From NCBI RefSeq assembly GCF_006345805.1, contig NC_043012.1:9486001-9550000 (forward strand): a stretch of 64,000 nt of DNA, in the 5' to 3' direction. Shown piece after piece: positions 13,444-24,817 of this stretch. A program made the position numbers and the translations under genes. The DNA comes from Octopus sinensis. Its lineage: Eukaryota. The notes below the pieces were generated by a model. That model ran no database searches, was not told the origin of the DNA, and saw only the letters and a list, made by a program, of their open reading frames with translations. Within the stretch, counting starts at the first letter, position 1; each line of letters starts with the position of its first letter.

Positions 13444-14562
13444 TTACACATAAGTTGTGCAGCTTTCGTTGTTGACTCTTCCATTGCCCGTCACAATGGT
13501 ATATCGACCTTGGGAGGAATTATTCAATGCTTGGAATATTTTATTTGGGAAGAAAGTCATAAATGTTTTGCGAAATTGTGGACCGGTGAGGCAATATACA
13601 AAAAAATAGCAGGAATAATGCGAGAAACAGATGCCCTCAATACATCGACGGGTTATCATGAAAGTGAAAAAGCGATTCCATTGTGGATCTGCACGTATTT
13701 CATCATCTGTCATAAAACCGTTACCAATTTCGAAGTTTGTGGCTATAACGAAGACTAATGCAACCGGCAAGGTAGTGAAAATCAAATAGAAGGAAACCGA
13801 AAGTAAAGTGATGGTTGATGCAGCGTTATTACTTCCGGACGAGGTTTGGTGGGGAAGTTGTATTGCATTTGCTTTCGTAATCTTATGTATCTCGCAAATG
13901 ACAAGGATATTGAAGATTAACACACAGATTGGAACACCACCAAATATTGACATTTCGCTCAACCAGTTCCAAACCTCTGTGAAACTGTCAGGTGTGACAT
14001 TGGTGTCCCTGTAGGTGCACACCTTGTGTGTTTCATCATAATTCCAGATATAGATTTGTGCTGAAGCCAGCGAAGAGCTCAGAAATATTAATCCACAAAC
14101 TACGTAGATTGCACGTTTCACTGTACAAAACCTCTCTTTGTGAAATGGCTTGCAGACGGCAATCCATCTTTCTACCGTAAAACCAAGAACAATTAACGGT
14201 GCCAGGTACTGCGGTATCATGTATATAAAATTGTACAGTTCGCAGATGCCAGCGTGAGCGATTGTAGATATACCCCAGGCTATTTGAAGTTCGTTGATGA
14301 AATGCAACCAAAGAAACATAAAGTCTGTTATCGATAATACTGCGAGGTATATAGCCGAAGAATTATTGCGCCGAATACGATGGTTTAGCCATATGAATGC
14401 TGAGATGGGATTTGTAAAAAGGCCAATGATGTGCCAAACTGCGTTGACATAGCGGTCTATATAGAGAGCCGATGGACAGAATTCTTTGAAAAGTCCCATT
14501 GGCCAGGAATGGCGTTCAAAGACGTTTGTAATGTTTTCTGGAAAAGTCTCATTGTCGTACAT
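13444..14562 (-). CDS. Class A (rhodopsin-like) GPCR, FMRFamide/sex-peptide-receptor-like (7TM_GPCR_Srw-like) orphan receptor, 372 aa, intronless CDS
   Basis: N-terminal sequons NET and NIT, seven hydrophobic segments, TM1 GLFTN, TM2 YLAVLSITD, Cys at the top of TM3 and in ECL2, FTVERWIAVCKPF...CTVKRA (DRY equivalent typical of this group), TM5 Pro, TM6 TTLP, TM7 YFFVYCLTGPQFR plus helix 8. A at -3 of the ATG. Confidence 0.95.
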   Translation of the reverse strand: MYDNETFPENITNVFERHSWPMGLFKEFCPSALYIDRYVNAVWHIIGLFTNPISAFIWLNHRIRRNNSSAIYLAVLSITDFMFLWLHFINELQIAWGISTIAHAGICELYNFIYMIPQYLAPLIVLGFTVERWIAVCKPFHKERFCTVKRAIYVVCGLIFLSSSLASAQIYIWNYDETHKVCTYRDTNVTPDSFTEVWNWLSEMSIFGGVPICVLIFNILVICEIHKITKANAIQLPHQTSSGSNNAASTITLLSVSFYLIFTTLPVALVFVIATNFEIGNGFMTDDEIRADPQWNRFFTFMITRRCIEGICFSHYSCYFFVYCLTGPQFRKTFMTFFPNKIFQALNNSSQGRYTIVTGNGRVNNESCTTYV

Positions 14563-14614
14563 TGTAATTTGTTGCTGCTGCCGTTATTAAAATCTCTCAA
14601 TTTTACTTGTTTAC

Positions 14615-14640
14615 CTGTGAATATAATGATAAAGAAAAAT
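14615..14640 (-). promoter_or_regulatory. 3' splice acceptor upstream of the GPCR coding exon
   Basis: Minus: tttttctttatcattatattcaCAG|G, pyrimidine-rich. The exon would start at 14614, 52 nt before the ATG. Confidence 0.6.
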
Positions 14641-15332
14641 AATCCGTTATGAAAAAGCAAAATTATTGTCAAATATATGATAATTCAGATATGATTTAAT
14701 CATAAATTATGATAAATATTTAAATATGATAATATATAAACATAATAAACAAACATAATCACAAACAATCATATATAAGCATCTATAATCATATATTATC
14801 ATATATTACCATACGTAATCGTATTTACTAATCTCAGGTACCATGCACAGTCGGGAGGATTATAATATTCCTTTCACTAAACACATAGTTGTCACGACGT
14901 TAATCTATTTGTTAATGGGATTATTATCATGTGGACGGAGATTATGCGATCTGTAAATAGTTTAAACTATTTACTCTGCGACGCAATTCTCTTTGTATAA
15001 CTACATAATAACTGTCATCCCGAGTTTTCTTCAAAACGGTATTTAACAAAGTGTATTTATGTCACAGCAAGTTGTTTCTCGTATATTTATAAATTCTACG
15101 AAGGGACTACTAATGTAAAGAAATACACTTCATAGATTTCCAATGCAGTTTTCAAGTCACAAATAAGGGTAAAATGGCAACTAGATGAATGAGCTTTTCA
15201 GGATATAAACAGTACAGTCGTATGGTAGAAATATTTACTGGAGACAAATTTGTTGATCCCTATAAATCACACAGAATTATCCGGTTATCATTTAATAATA
15301 CTTTTTGCTTCCGGTGGTCTCTATCTTCCAAT

Positions 15333-16121
15333 TTACCTATTTTCAATGATGTACTACAACATTTAATGATAATGAAGCAGCGGTCAATTAATCTATATTC
15401 CCGAAGGTTGCTGTAATGAAAGAAATTGATCCACTACTCTCTCATTCTCGTCTTCTATTTCTCTAAATCAATAAATGCCTGAACTAATAGTATCCGCGCA
15501 TTCCTTTCTATCATCTCTGACACTTTTCCGTATCGTAGTTGACTTCGTTTTTCATCTCTAACTATTAACATCGAACGGTTTAAATCAAATAAAACATTTC
15601 CAACTACCTACTTAAAGTACCACTGATATCGGTGAATCTAGTAATTGACAAAAATTCTTTGCAATAATAGAAAAAAAAACATTGCTTTCATGGTGAGTCC
15701 CATAATCCTATTGAGTATTATTTAGAAATTTCTTCAACGATTCAGTTCAGTAAGGACTAGTGATTTGACGTAGAATTTTGGTAAAATAACTCCCAAAACA
15801 AAAAAATAACTACGTGTCAAACCAGACTCTTTTTAGTAAATATTCATCATGGTTAAGTGAACTGAGATGCATTGGATTAGGGGTTTCAGTGTTATTGTGA
15901 AACTCATTATGAAGATGAACAATGTATCGAAATTATGAAACCTTTGAACTGCGAATCCAATATTCTTCATAGAGCACGCTCTATGATTTTGTGGTGCTTC
16001 TATATAAGTAATTATCTCGAAAGTTACTTATCTTCAAGGATGTAATTCAACATTTAAAGATAATGAAGCAATGATCAATTAATCGATATTACTGCAGGTG
16101 GTAAGGAGAGAAATTGATCCA
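15333..16121. repeat. Two ~100-bp diverged direct repeats (15333-15433 and 16024-16121)
   Basis: Shared caacatttaa.gataatgaagca..g.tcaattaatc.atatt...gaaattgatcca. Confidence 0.75.
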
Positions 16122-16701
16122 TATTTCGTGATTTTAGAATGGTAAATGCGCCTATTGACACTCGAGTATGTTTCTCATAAATACACTACGCTCAAAGAAG
16201 GAGAAAATATAAGTGCCTAGCACTTAATTATGTTTGTGAAAAATAAAGCTTTCAAACATGCAAAAATACGATCGAGACTAACAGCCCGTTAATTGCTAGT
16301 CTCATTCGTACGACTAATTCTACACCGAGAAAGGAACACTGCAATTAGCATAAAAAGTTTTAATAGATAAATAAGAGGAGCATACCATATTAGAAGAGAC
16401 TCATACTTCCACGTCACCGGAAAGATTCCATCGATTCATAGATTTGTGTAAATGTAGAAAACTGTTAAAACTGCCGTTAGCTGAAGCAGGGCAACGAAAC
16501 TCAATGTTCTGGATTATGTGCACTGTAGTTAGTATTCACTGATTGCCGTTGACTGCTGTTGGCCTCCGTAATAGATCTGCACCAAATTCTGGTAAAAAAA
16601 AACAATACACAAGAGATATAGATATTTCGGTCTATGAATATATTATAGATATAACTGAAAGCTAGATGTAGAATGTACATAGAAAAGGGAATAAATAAAC
16701 C

Positions 16702-16702
<1 letters not shown>

Positions 16703-16741
<39 letters not shown>

Positions 16742-16844
16742 CCACCACCACCGTCACCACCACCTCCACCACCACCACCTCCACCACAACCACCACCACC
16801 ACCACCACCACCACCACCACCACCAACACCAACACCACCACCAT

Positions 16845-16911
<67 letters not shown>

Positions 16912-16927
16912 GTCGTCGTCGTCGTCG
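16703..16927. repeat. Compound trinucleotide microsatellite (CAT)n(CAC)n(CAT)n(CGT)n
   Basis: Directly visible. Confidence 0.95.
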
Positions 16928-17552
16928 TTATCTGTTTCCAGGATGGCCACACTCCAATATCTGAAATTAATATTCATATTTGTAAATGAGGTTTAGAAGG
17001 GCCATGATCTTCGCTGTTCCTGAGTCGCATGGGTATTCTATGTTATTCCGCTTCGTGGCGAAATAGTCAGAGGCGGATGAAGGAGGTGAAAGATCAGATA
17101 TAAGGAAAGGATGAAGAGATAAATGGCGAGGTGGATGGGGGTGGATGGGGTGCGTGGTTGTATAGTCCAGAGTAGCGAAAGAAAAGATAGAGAGATAGTG
17201 TCTGTGAATCAGCGATGTAGGAAGTTGGTCAGGGAATCCCGCTCATTCAGTTGTCTGATTTCTTAGTTTTACATTATTTGTGAAAGGGTTTCGGTGATCT
17301 TTACTTCTTGCTGATGAGTTTCAAAATTATTAGGCCAATGTTTGCAGAGAAATGTGAGCAGAGATATAGAATTATGAACGATATGCATTTAAGAATAGAA
17401 ATAAAATAATAAATAAACATATCACATAACACTTGAAATAGGAGGAAATTTCAGCAAGGGCGAGATGGGTGCTGATTTAGAGGAATAATCAAAGATATGT
17501 AGATCGCATGTGTTCTAATAGTGAGTATATACATACATACACATATGTATAT

Positions 17553-17607
<55 letters not shown>

Positions 17608-17707
17608 CAGGGTGAATACTTGATAATTGTAAGCACCTGTATATGCCATTTAGTGGTGTAGGTGATAGAGTATATTTATCAAAATAGAACATGATGCAAA
17701 GGATTTA

Positions 17708-17795
17708 GCGGTACATATGTTTCTGACTTTTATTAGACGGTTTATATCAATGCATAATTGATGTAATTTGTATGTCAATAGCCTTCTTCAGCCGC
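17708..17795 (-). ncRNA. Type I hammerhead ribozyme with long loop II
   Basis: Minus: gcgg CTGAAGA aggct...agtca GAAA catatg TA ccgc. Perfect GC stem I and palindromic stem III. Lies in a TA-flanked segment (17603-17945) that starts aaattcaggg. Confidence 0.75.
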
Positions 17796-17941
17796 GCACA
17801 ATTACTACTCCAAGAACATGTATTACATTAGTTTTGGAAAAAGACGAATTACGTTGGGGATGCATATCCTCATAGTCGTGTACAACAGATCGAAGCACCA
17901 AAACAAAATCGAAGCGTCCATCCCGTTTTTCACTTGATGTA

Positions 17942-17980
<39 letters not shown>

Positions 17981-18589
17981 TATGTATGTATATGTACGTA
18001 TGCATATATATATATATATAATATATATATATATATGTATATGTCTATGTCTATGTAAAATACAATAAAAGGGGAGAAAAGAAATAAGATATTTGATGTT
18101 TAACTGTTGTCTGTGTAAATAGAAACATATATACAACCTTCGACAGAGTAACGGTTATATATACAACAGATACACATATCAGTACATAAACATATGTTTA
18201 CTTGTACATATACATATATACACACGCAGACACGGGTACACACTTACGTAAATACTTACATACATACATGCGTATATGCATGCATACAGATGTACACATA
18301 GGTATACGTACATGCATACATGCACACACACACACACATGCAGACATACATACATACATACATACATACATACATACATACATACATACATACATACATA
18401 CGTACATACATACATAAACGCATATATATCATGAACTAAGATCCAGCACGAATATTTGTCAGTGAACAAGCAGGTCGCGGTTTCAAAAGGACGAAAATAT
18501 TTTGGCACAAATTAAATTTAAATGTTGAAGTGAAACTAACGGTTTTGTGTGTTCTTAAATGGGGTATAAACATCTTGCACTCTGCAATT

Positions 18590-18629
<40 letters not shown>

Positions 18630-18774
18630 TTCTGTGAATGTGTATATAAAAATATATCAGTTGATTAAAATTAAAACATGGTCTGGTTTTTATTATGGTA
18701 TTTTAACATCAAAAAGATATTTTGTAATGTTTATAAAGTTCAATTAGTGCTTTCATACGTTCGTAGTAAACATT

Positions 18775-19152
18775 GGAAGCGAAATTGCCCAGTGGTTAGG
18801 GCAGCGGACTCGCGGTCATAGGATCGCGGTTTCGATTCCCAGACCGGGCGTTGTGAGTGTTTATTGAGCGAAAACACCTAAAGCTCCACGAGGCTCCGGC
18901 AGGGATGGTGGTGATCCCTGCTGTACTCTTTCACCACAACTTACTCTTACTTCCTGTTTCTGTTGTACCTGTATTTCAAAGGGCCGGCCTTGTCACTCTC
19001 TGTGTCACGCTGAATATCCTCGAGAACTACGTTAAGGGTGCACGTGTCTGTGGAGTGCTCAGCCACTTACACGTTAATTTCACGAGCAGGCTGTTCCGTT
19101 GATTCGGATCAACCGGAACCCTCGTCGTCGTAACCGACGGAGTGCTTCCACC
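18775..19152 (+). mobile_element. tRNA-derived SINE (head type A, tail type Y) with 10-bp TSD
   Basis: A/B boxes (tgcccagtgg, ggtttcgattcc). TSD agtaaacatt at 18765-18774 and 19153-19162. Confidence 0.9.
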
Positions 19153-19548
19153 AGTAAACATTAGATTTCAAAATGTATTTGACTGACAGTCGAGTTTTTG
19201 ACAACTGTAGTACGTCTTAGAACGCTCCAACAGGATGAGAATTTGGAATACGGTTTTGACTAATCCGCATGCACCTTAAACGATTATTACTAGGAACTTA
19301 TGAAAACGCTAACTGAACTTTATGAACATTGCAAAATATTTTTTTAATGCTAACATACCATAATAAAAAGCGTGAAAGCCAGATCATATTTTAACTTTAA
19401 TCAACTGATATATATTCCTCCCATAATGTCCTTATTTGGGCGGTTTCTGCCTCACTGACTTCTTTTGCGACTTCTTTTAGCCAATATAGCCAATCTCTTC
19501 TTCCAACATAGTAGTTTTGTGAAACGAATAGAAGTGTGATCAACATCT

Positions 19549-19680
19549 TCTCCTCATATATCAGGAAATTACATCTACATTATTATGGATACATTCATCT
19601 TCTCTGAGAATAAAATCTCTCCTCATATCTCTGGAAATTACACCTGCATTATTATGGATGGATTTACCTTTTCTGTGAAG
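19549..19680. repeat. Tandem duplication of a ~68-bp unit
   Basis: tctcctcatat.tc.ggaaattaca.ct.cattattatggat occurs twice in tandem. Confidence 0.8.
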
Positions 19681-19835
19681 CTAACAAACTTTTTTTAAAA
19701 GCCTTTTATAAAACTGTGCATCATTAGAGAACATTTGAAGTCTGCTCACCATCTAACTTTGCTTTTCATAGAACTTTCTTCGATACTTCATGAGTGTAGC
19801 CTCAGCCCCTAGGATGTTTGGAAAACTCATATGTG

Positions 19836-19926
19836 TTTTGGCTGATGAGTACGGGACACTTGTATTTGCTGCAATATTTGCAGCTTTTAATAAATCTGTT
19901 CTTCGTATGAAACAATTGTACTGAAC
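19836..19926 (+). ncRNA. Type I hammerhead ribozyme
   Basis: tttgg CTGATGA gtacg...cgtat GAAA caattg TA ctgaa. Stem I has G-U pairs, stem III is palindromic, and a TA tract follows ~30 nt later. Confidence 0.7.
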
Positions 19927-19954
19927 AACTAATCCATTCTTGTTGCTTTTTTCT

Positions 19955-20029
<75 letters not shown>

Positions 20030-20603
20030 ATATATATGTGTGTGTATATATATATATATATGTAAAGAGGTATATAAGTGGAGAAATAGATAAGGACGGA
20101 AAGAAGAGGCAAGCAGGTATTTAGTGACTGGTCATAATATGCATATTTGCATGTGGGGACAGGCGTGTAGAAATACGTATAAATACATACATATATAGAC
20201 ACACGAACGGACGCAAATAGACACGCCTGCAGATATAAACGTATTATTTTCTTGGTTATGTGCAATTTGCATAATGTTTGATCTGGATTTCAGCGCAGCT
20301 GTACGTGTATTCTTCAGAGGATAAAATGTAATAGAGAGAGATGTTAAGTTGGAAAGGGCTGTTTAGGATAAGATCATATTCTGCCTTTGTTGCCAATCTC
20401 TGATGAGGAAAGAGGGATGAGAATCTATTTGGTTAATATAGGAGGATATTTCCTTTCTACAGGTGCAACCACAAACACTCGCAAACATTCATGCCCACGC
20501 ACATACACACATATTCACATTGTAAGTAGGGATTTATCCAAATCTCTCTCTTTCTATGTATGTATGTATCTATCCATCTGTCTATCTTATATATCTATGT
20601 GTA

Positions 20604-20696
<93 letters not shown>

Positions 20697-20723
20697 GAAA
20701 TATATAATTTCCCATCGACATAC

Positions 20724-20775
<52 letters not shown>

Positions 20776-20963
20776 GGATATATACGGATACATATATACA
20801 CACACAAACACACACACGCATATATATATACAAGTATATATATGCACACACATACGTATTCAAATACAAATACCTACATGCATCTTTGTACATTCACACA
20901 CACACCTACACATATACATGCATATATATAATTTTATGTATATGTATATGTATATATTGATAT

Positions 20964-21007
<44 letters not shown>

Positions 21008-21512
21008 TATATATGGATATATATATATGGATATATATATATATGTATAACATGTATGAGTATATCTCTTTACTCATGCAACCACACGTATCTCAAGTAG
21101 GGTATATGCATAAAAAGGTTAGCTGTATGTACACATAACAATGTACACTCGCGTGCGTCCTCATAATCAGAAGTAAAATCAAAAGCAGTCGTAACAAGTT
21201 TAAGTCCAGCAAGACATTACTACACATATTTCTGCATTAATGCATACCAACAACTGTACATACATATACATGAAATTATATTGACATATTTTCGTAAGTC
21301 TACTACACAGGATATGTAGAGTGACATGTCTACGCATGTCACAACAGAATAGAAATATGGCTATGGATATTAATGTTGGCAGAAAATAGCTGTTAGATTT
21401 TTAAGTAAACATTTCTATTTTATCTTGCAAGAATTACTTCCTTCTCTGATCTCAGCAGATTATTTTGTGCGAGTGCGCATGCGAATATATGTGTGCGTAT
21501 ATATATATATAT

Positions 21513-21768
21513 ATTTAAATAATGAGGGAGATAAATTAATATTAATTTTAATATCAATTTAAAACCAGTAGTCTAGCATGAGAAATCAGAGAAATTCTAA
21601 TATATGTGTATATTGGCAGGGCAAGACTGCTAGGTAGTCGGCCGTATGCTAGAAATAGATCATCAACGATCAAACTACAAAGAAAGTCCCCTAGAGAAAA
21701 AATTCGGCGAACACCAGAACCCACTAGCATACGGCCGACTACCTAGCAGTCTTGCCCTGCCAATATAC

Positions 21769-21773
<5 letters not shown>
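21513..21773. mobile_element. (TA)n-embedded foldback element with 46-bp perfect inverted arms
   Basis: Arms 21607-21652 and 21724-21769 with a 71-nt spacer. Head aataatgagggagataaatt...ccagtagtctagcatgagaaa. Confidence 0.8.
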
Positions 21774-21801
<28 letters not shown>

Positions 21802-21857
21802 GTGTATATACATATATATACTAGGCTTATATATGATATATATACGTATGTATATAT

Positions 21858-21892
<35 letters not shown>

Positions 21893-22403
21893 TATATACA
21901 TATATAGTATAAATTGGACATGGGCGATAATTGTATACTTTCTTGTCTTGAGGTTCACAGCCAAACGGCTGGATAGATTCACATGAAAAATAGCAAAGAT
22001 GAGGAGATGGGTGCATAGATTGGAATGCAGTTTGTAGTTTTTTTTCTAGCCCCAATACTTACCGAGAAAATTGATTACAACTTTTTCTAATGTAAATCTT
22101 TCCCATAAATCAACTTTCGCAAAACTTTTCTACCATGACCTCATATTTTCTATGTATGTGTGTGTACCTTAAAAGAAGTGATTAGACAGAAGTTCAACAG
22201 AAGAGCTCTCAAAAACAAACTATGTACAAATTCTTTCTTTACAACACCTGAATCTGTTTTCTGACAAGGGGGTTGGGGTCAGGAAATTTTCATACAGCTG
22301 GAGGCTCCAATCAAAACAGGGGACGCAAAATGACAAGTTTGAAAAAAGCTGTTATAGATTATGCCTAAGTGAAAACCATCAGAGCCATATCATCCAAACA
22401 GAT

Positions 22404-22430
22404 CGGGTGAAACCGGACTTAGCTGCTAGT
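22404..22430 (+). mobile_element. Possible Helitron 3' terminus
   Basis: Short hairpin cgggtgaaaccg followed ~10 nt later by CTAG|T. Confidence 0.4.
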
Positions 22431-22452
22431 TTATATATATATATATATATAT

Positions 22453-22708
22453 AATAATAAATATTAGGGAATAATAAATATTAGGGAAAGACTTAATCAA
22501 TACATAAAATTTTAATAAAAAGTCAAAAAAACCGCCACTACAATTGTTTCTTGTCCTGATCGACAATCTTCAGTGGACTTCCAATTTTCAAGTCAGTTTC
22601 AGGACAAGAAACAATTGTAGTGGCGGTTTTTTTGACTTTTTATTAAAATTTTATGTATTGATTAAGTCTTTCCTTGTTTGTTTTGCAAAATAGTGGTTTT
22701 GTCTCTAA

Positions 22709-22716
<8 letters not shown>
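22453..22716. mobile_element. Foldback element of the 11375 family, 75-bp perfect arms, hammerhead core on minus strand
   Basis: Duplicated head aataataaatattaggg, arms 22485-22559 and 22599-22673, same terminal atagtggttttgtctctaat. Minus 22535-22576: cca CTGAAGA ttgtc gatcag gacaa GAAA caattg TA gtgg. Confidence 0.82.
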
Positions 22717-22795
<79 letters not shown>

Positions 22796-23109
22796 GGATC
22801 TATTCCATCTCAATTACAGATTTTTTAATTAACATTTTTTAACGAAACAGTTTAAAACTTCGAATAATGGTTGAATTTCTGACGTAGAAAACGGTTTACT
22901 CTGAACGTTTTACACAAATTTTCATGTTTTAGAAGTTATTTCGTTTTAAAGTTGTCGCATTTGGATGATTTCAACCAATCAACGACGTGTATTCGGTTGA
23001 AGAAAGCTATTCTGCTGTTTGCGATAGTAATCGAAGTGAAACAACTTCCGGGTTATCTCTACTAAATGTCACCGCACTGTTCCATTCGTATATATATATA
23101 TATATATAT

Positions 23110-23155
<46 letters not shown>

Positions 23156-23483
23156 TATATATATATATATGTATATTTGTTTGTGCAATTACACGCGCTC
23201 ATATTTGCACACACGCACGTACACGCACCCGCGCACGTACACACGCACGCATACACACGCTACATGTTATGAATGCATTTCCCTTTAAAAGTATACAATA
23301 CGATGAAAGAATGTGAATATTTGTTAAGAGAAATATATGAATCGCCACCGAAGGATCGCGTTTCTGCTTTATCTTGCGGCTGGCACAGACTCTATTTCAG
23401 AGTCTCTTCTCTGCACAGAAATTATGCACTTAAAGTGAGCAACGATATTCCTCTGCGAATAATTTATTTCAAACATGTATACA

Positions 23484-23889
23484 AGCGCAGGAGTGGCTGT
23501 GTGGTAAGTAGCTTGCTAACCAACCACATGGTTCCGGGTTCAGTCCCACTGCGTGGCATCTTGGGCAAGTGTCTTCTGCTATAGCCCCGGGCCGACCTTG
23601 TGAGTGGATTTGGTAGACGGAAACTGAAAGAAGCCTGTCGTATATATGTATATATATATAAGTGTGTGTGTATATATTTGTGTGTCTGTGTTTGTCCCCC
23701 TAGCATTGCTTGACAACCGATGCTGGTGTGTTTACGTCCCCGTCACTTAGCGGTTCGGCAACAGAGACCGATAGAATAAGTACTGGGCTTACAAAGAATA
23801 AGTCCCGGAGTCGATTTACTCGACTAAAGGCGGTGCTTCAGCATGGCCGCAGTCAAAGGACTGAAACAAGTAAAAGAGTAAAAGAGTAA
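23484..23889 (+). mobile_element. SINE family A copy
   Basis: Match to 4525-4940. Confidence 0.92.
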
Positions 23890-24157
23890 GGAAAAGGAAG
23901 CAAAAATATCAGCCTACCCTATATGTGAAAAAAATGATGGATTAGAAACAAATAAAGAATTAAAACTATTATAAGAGTAAAGATAAACATAAGAAATACC
24001 AAATGAGTAAACGTAAAGAAACACTCCCTTGTTTAGAAACCTAATCAGTTTATGAATAATATATAATTACTTCATTCGAATATTCACGATAGAGAAAAGA
24101 TACTTAGGGAAGTACAAAAGAAGAAATATAGAAAAGGCTTTCATTTGAGAAAGGTAT

Positions 24158-24555
24158 ACTCTCTCTCTTTTACTCTTTTACTTCTTTCAGTCATTTGGCT
24201 GCGGCCATGCTGGAGCACCGCCTTTAGTCGAGCAAATCGACCCCAGGACTTATTCTTTGTAAGCACAGTACTTATTCTATCGGTCTCTTTTGCCGAACCG
24301 CTAGGTGACGGGGACGTAAACACACCAGCATCGGTTGTCAAGCAATGCTAGGGGGATGAACACAGCACACAAATATATACACACACACTTATATATACAT
24401 ATATACGACGGGCTTCTTTCAGTTTCCGTCTACCAAATCCACTCACAAGGCATTGGTCGGCCCGGGGCTATAGCAGAAGACACTTGCCCAAGATGCCACG
24501 CAGTGGGACTGAACCCGGAACCATGTGGTTGGTTAGCAAGCTACTTACCACACAG
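24158..24555 (-). mobile_element. SINE family A copy (first ~15 nt missing)
   Basis: Reverse-complement match to 4525-4940. Confidence 0.92.
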
Positions 24556-24559
24556 ATGA

Positions 24560-24784
24560 AAAAATCTGGAAATAGAGGTAAAAGATCTGGAAAGAGAGGT
24601 AAAATGTCTGGAAATGGATGTCTAAAAACAGAAACAATTCGTATCATATTAGGCGCATCAAAATTCCTATCGTCGTAGGCGCATTAAAAAAATATTCAGA
24701 CAAATACTTACCCGAGGCACACAGGGCTGCGCTCGGTAGCGCGGTGAAAACACCTGATAAAAATGGGACTATTGAATAATAATG

Positions 24785-24817
<33 letters not shown>

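Noticed and set aside
13417-14672. Short ORFs overlapping or antisense to the GPCR
   Set aside because: Shadow frames of the real CDS.
16501-16996. Poly-Asp/Gly, poly-Met/Val and poly-Ser/Pro ORFs
   Set aside because: Trinucleotide microsatellite open in several frames, with no coding context.
18775-18850. tRNA gene-like sequence (also 275-346 minus, 36827, 51297)
   Set aside because: No complete acceptor stem or terminator, and each continues into a SINE body, so these are SINE heads.
24560-24620. CRISPR-like short repeats (also 28901-28938)
   Set aside because: Directly tandem with no unique spacers, in eukaryotic context with no cas genes.
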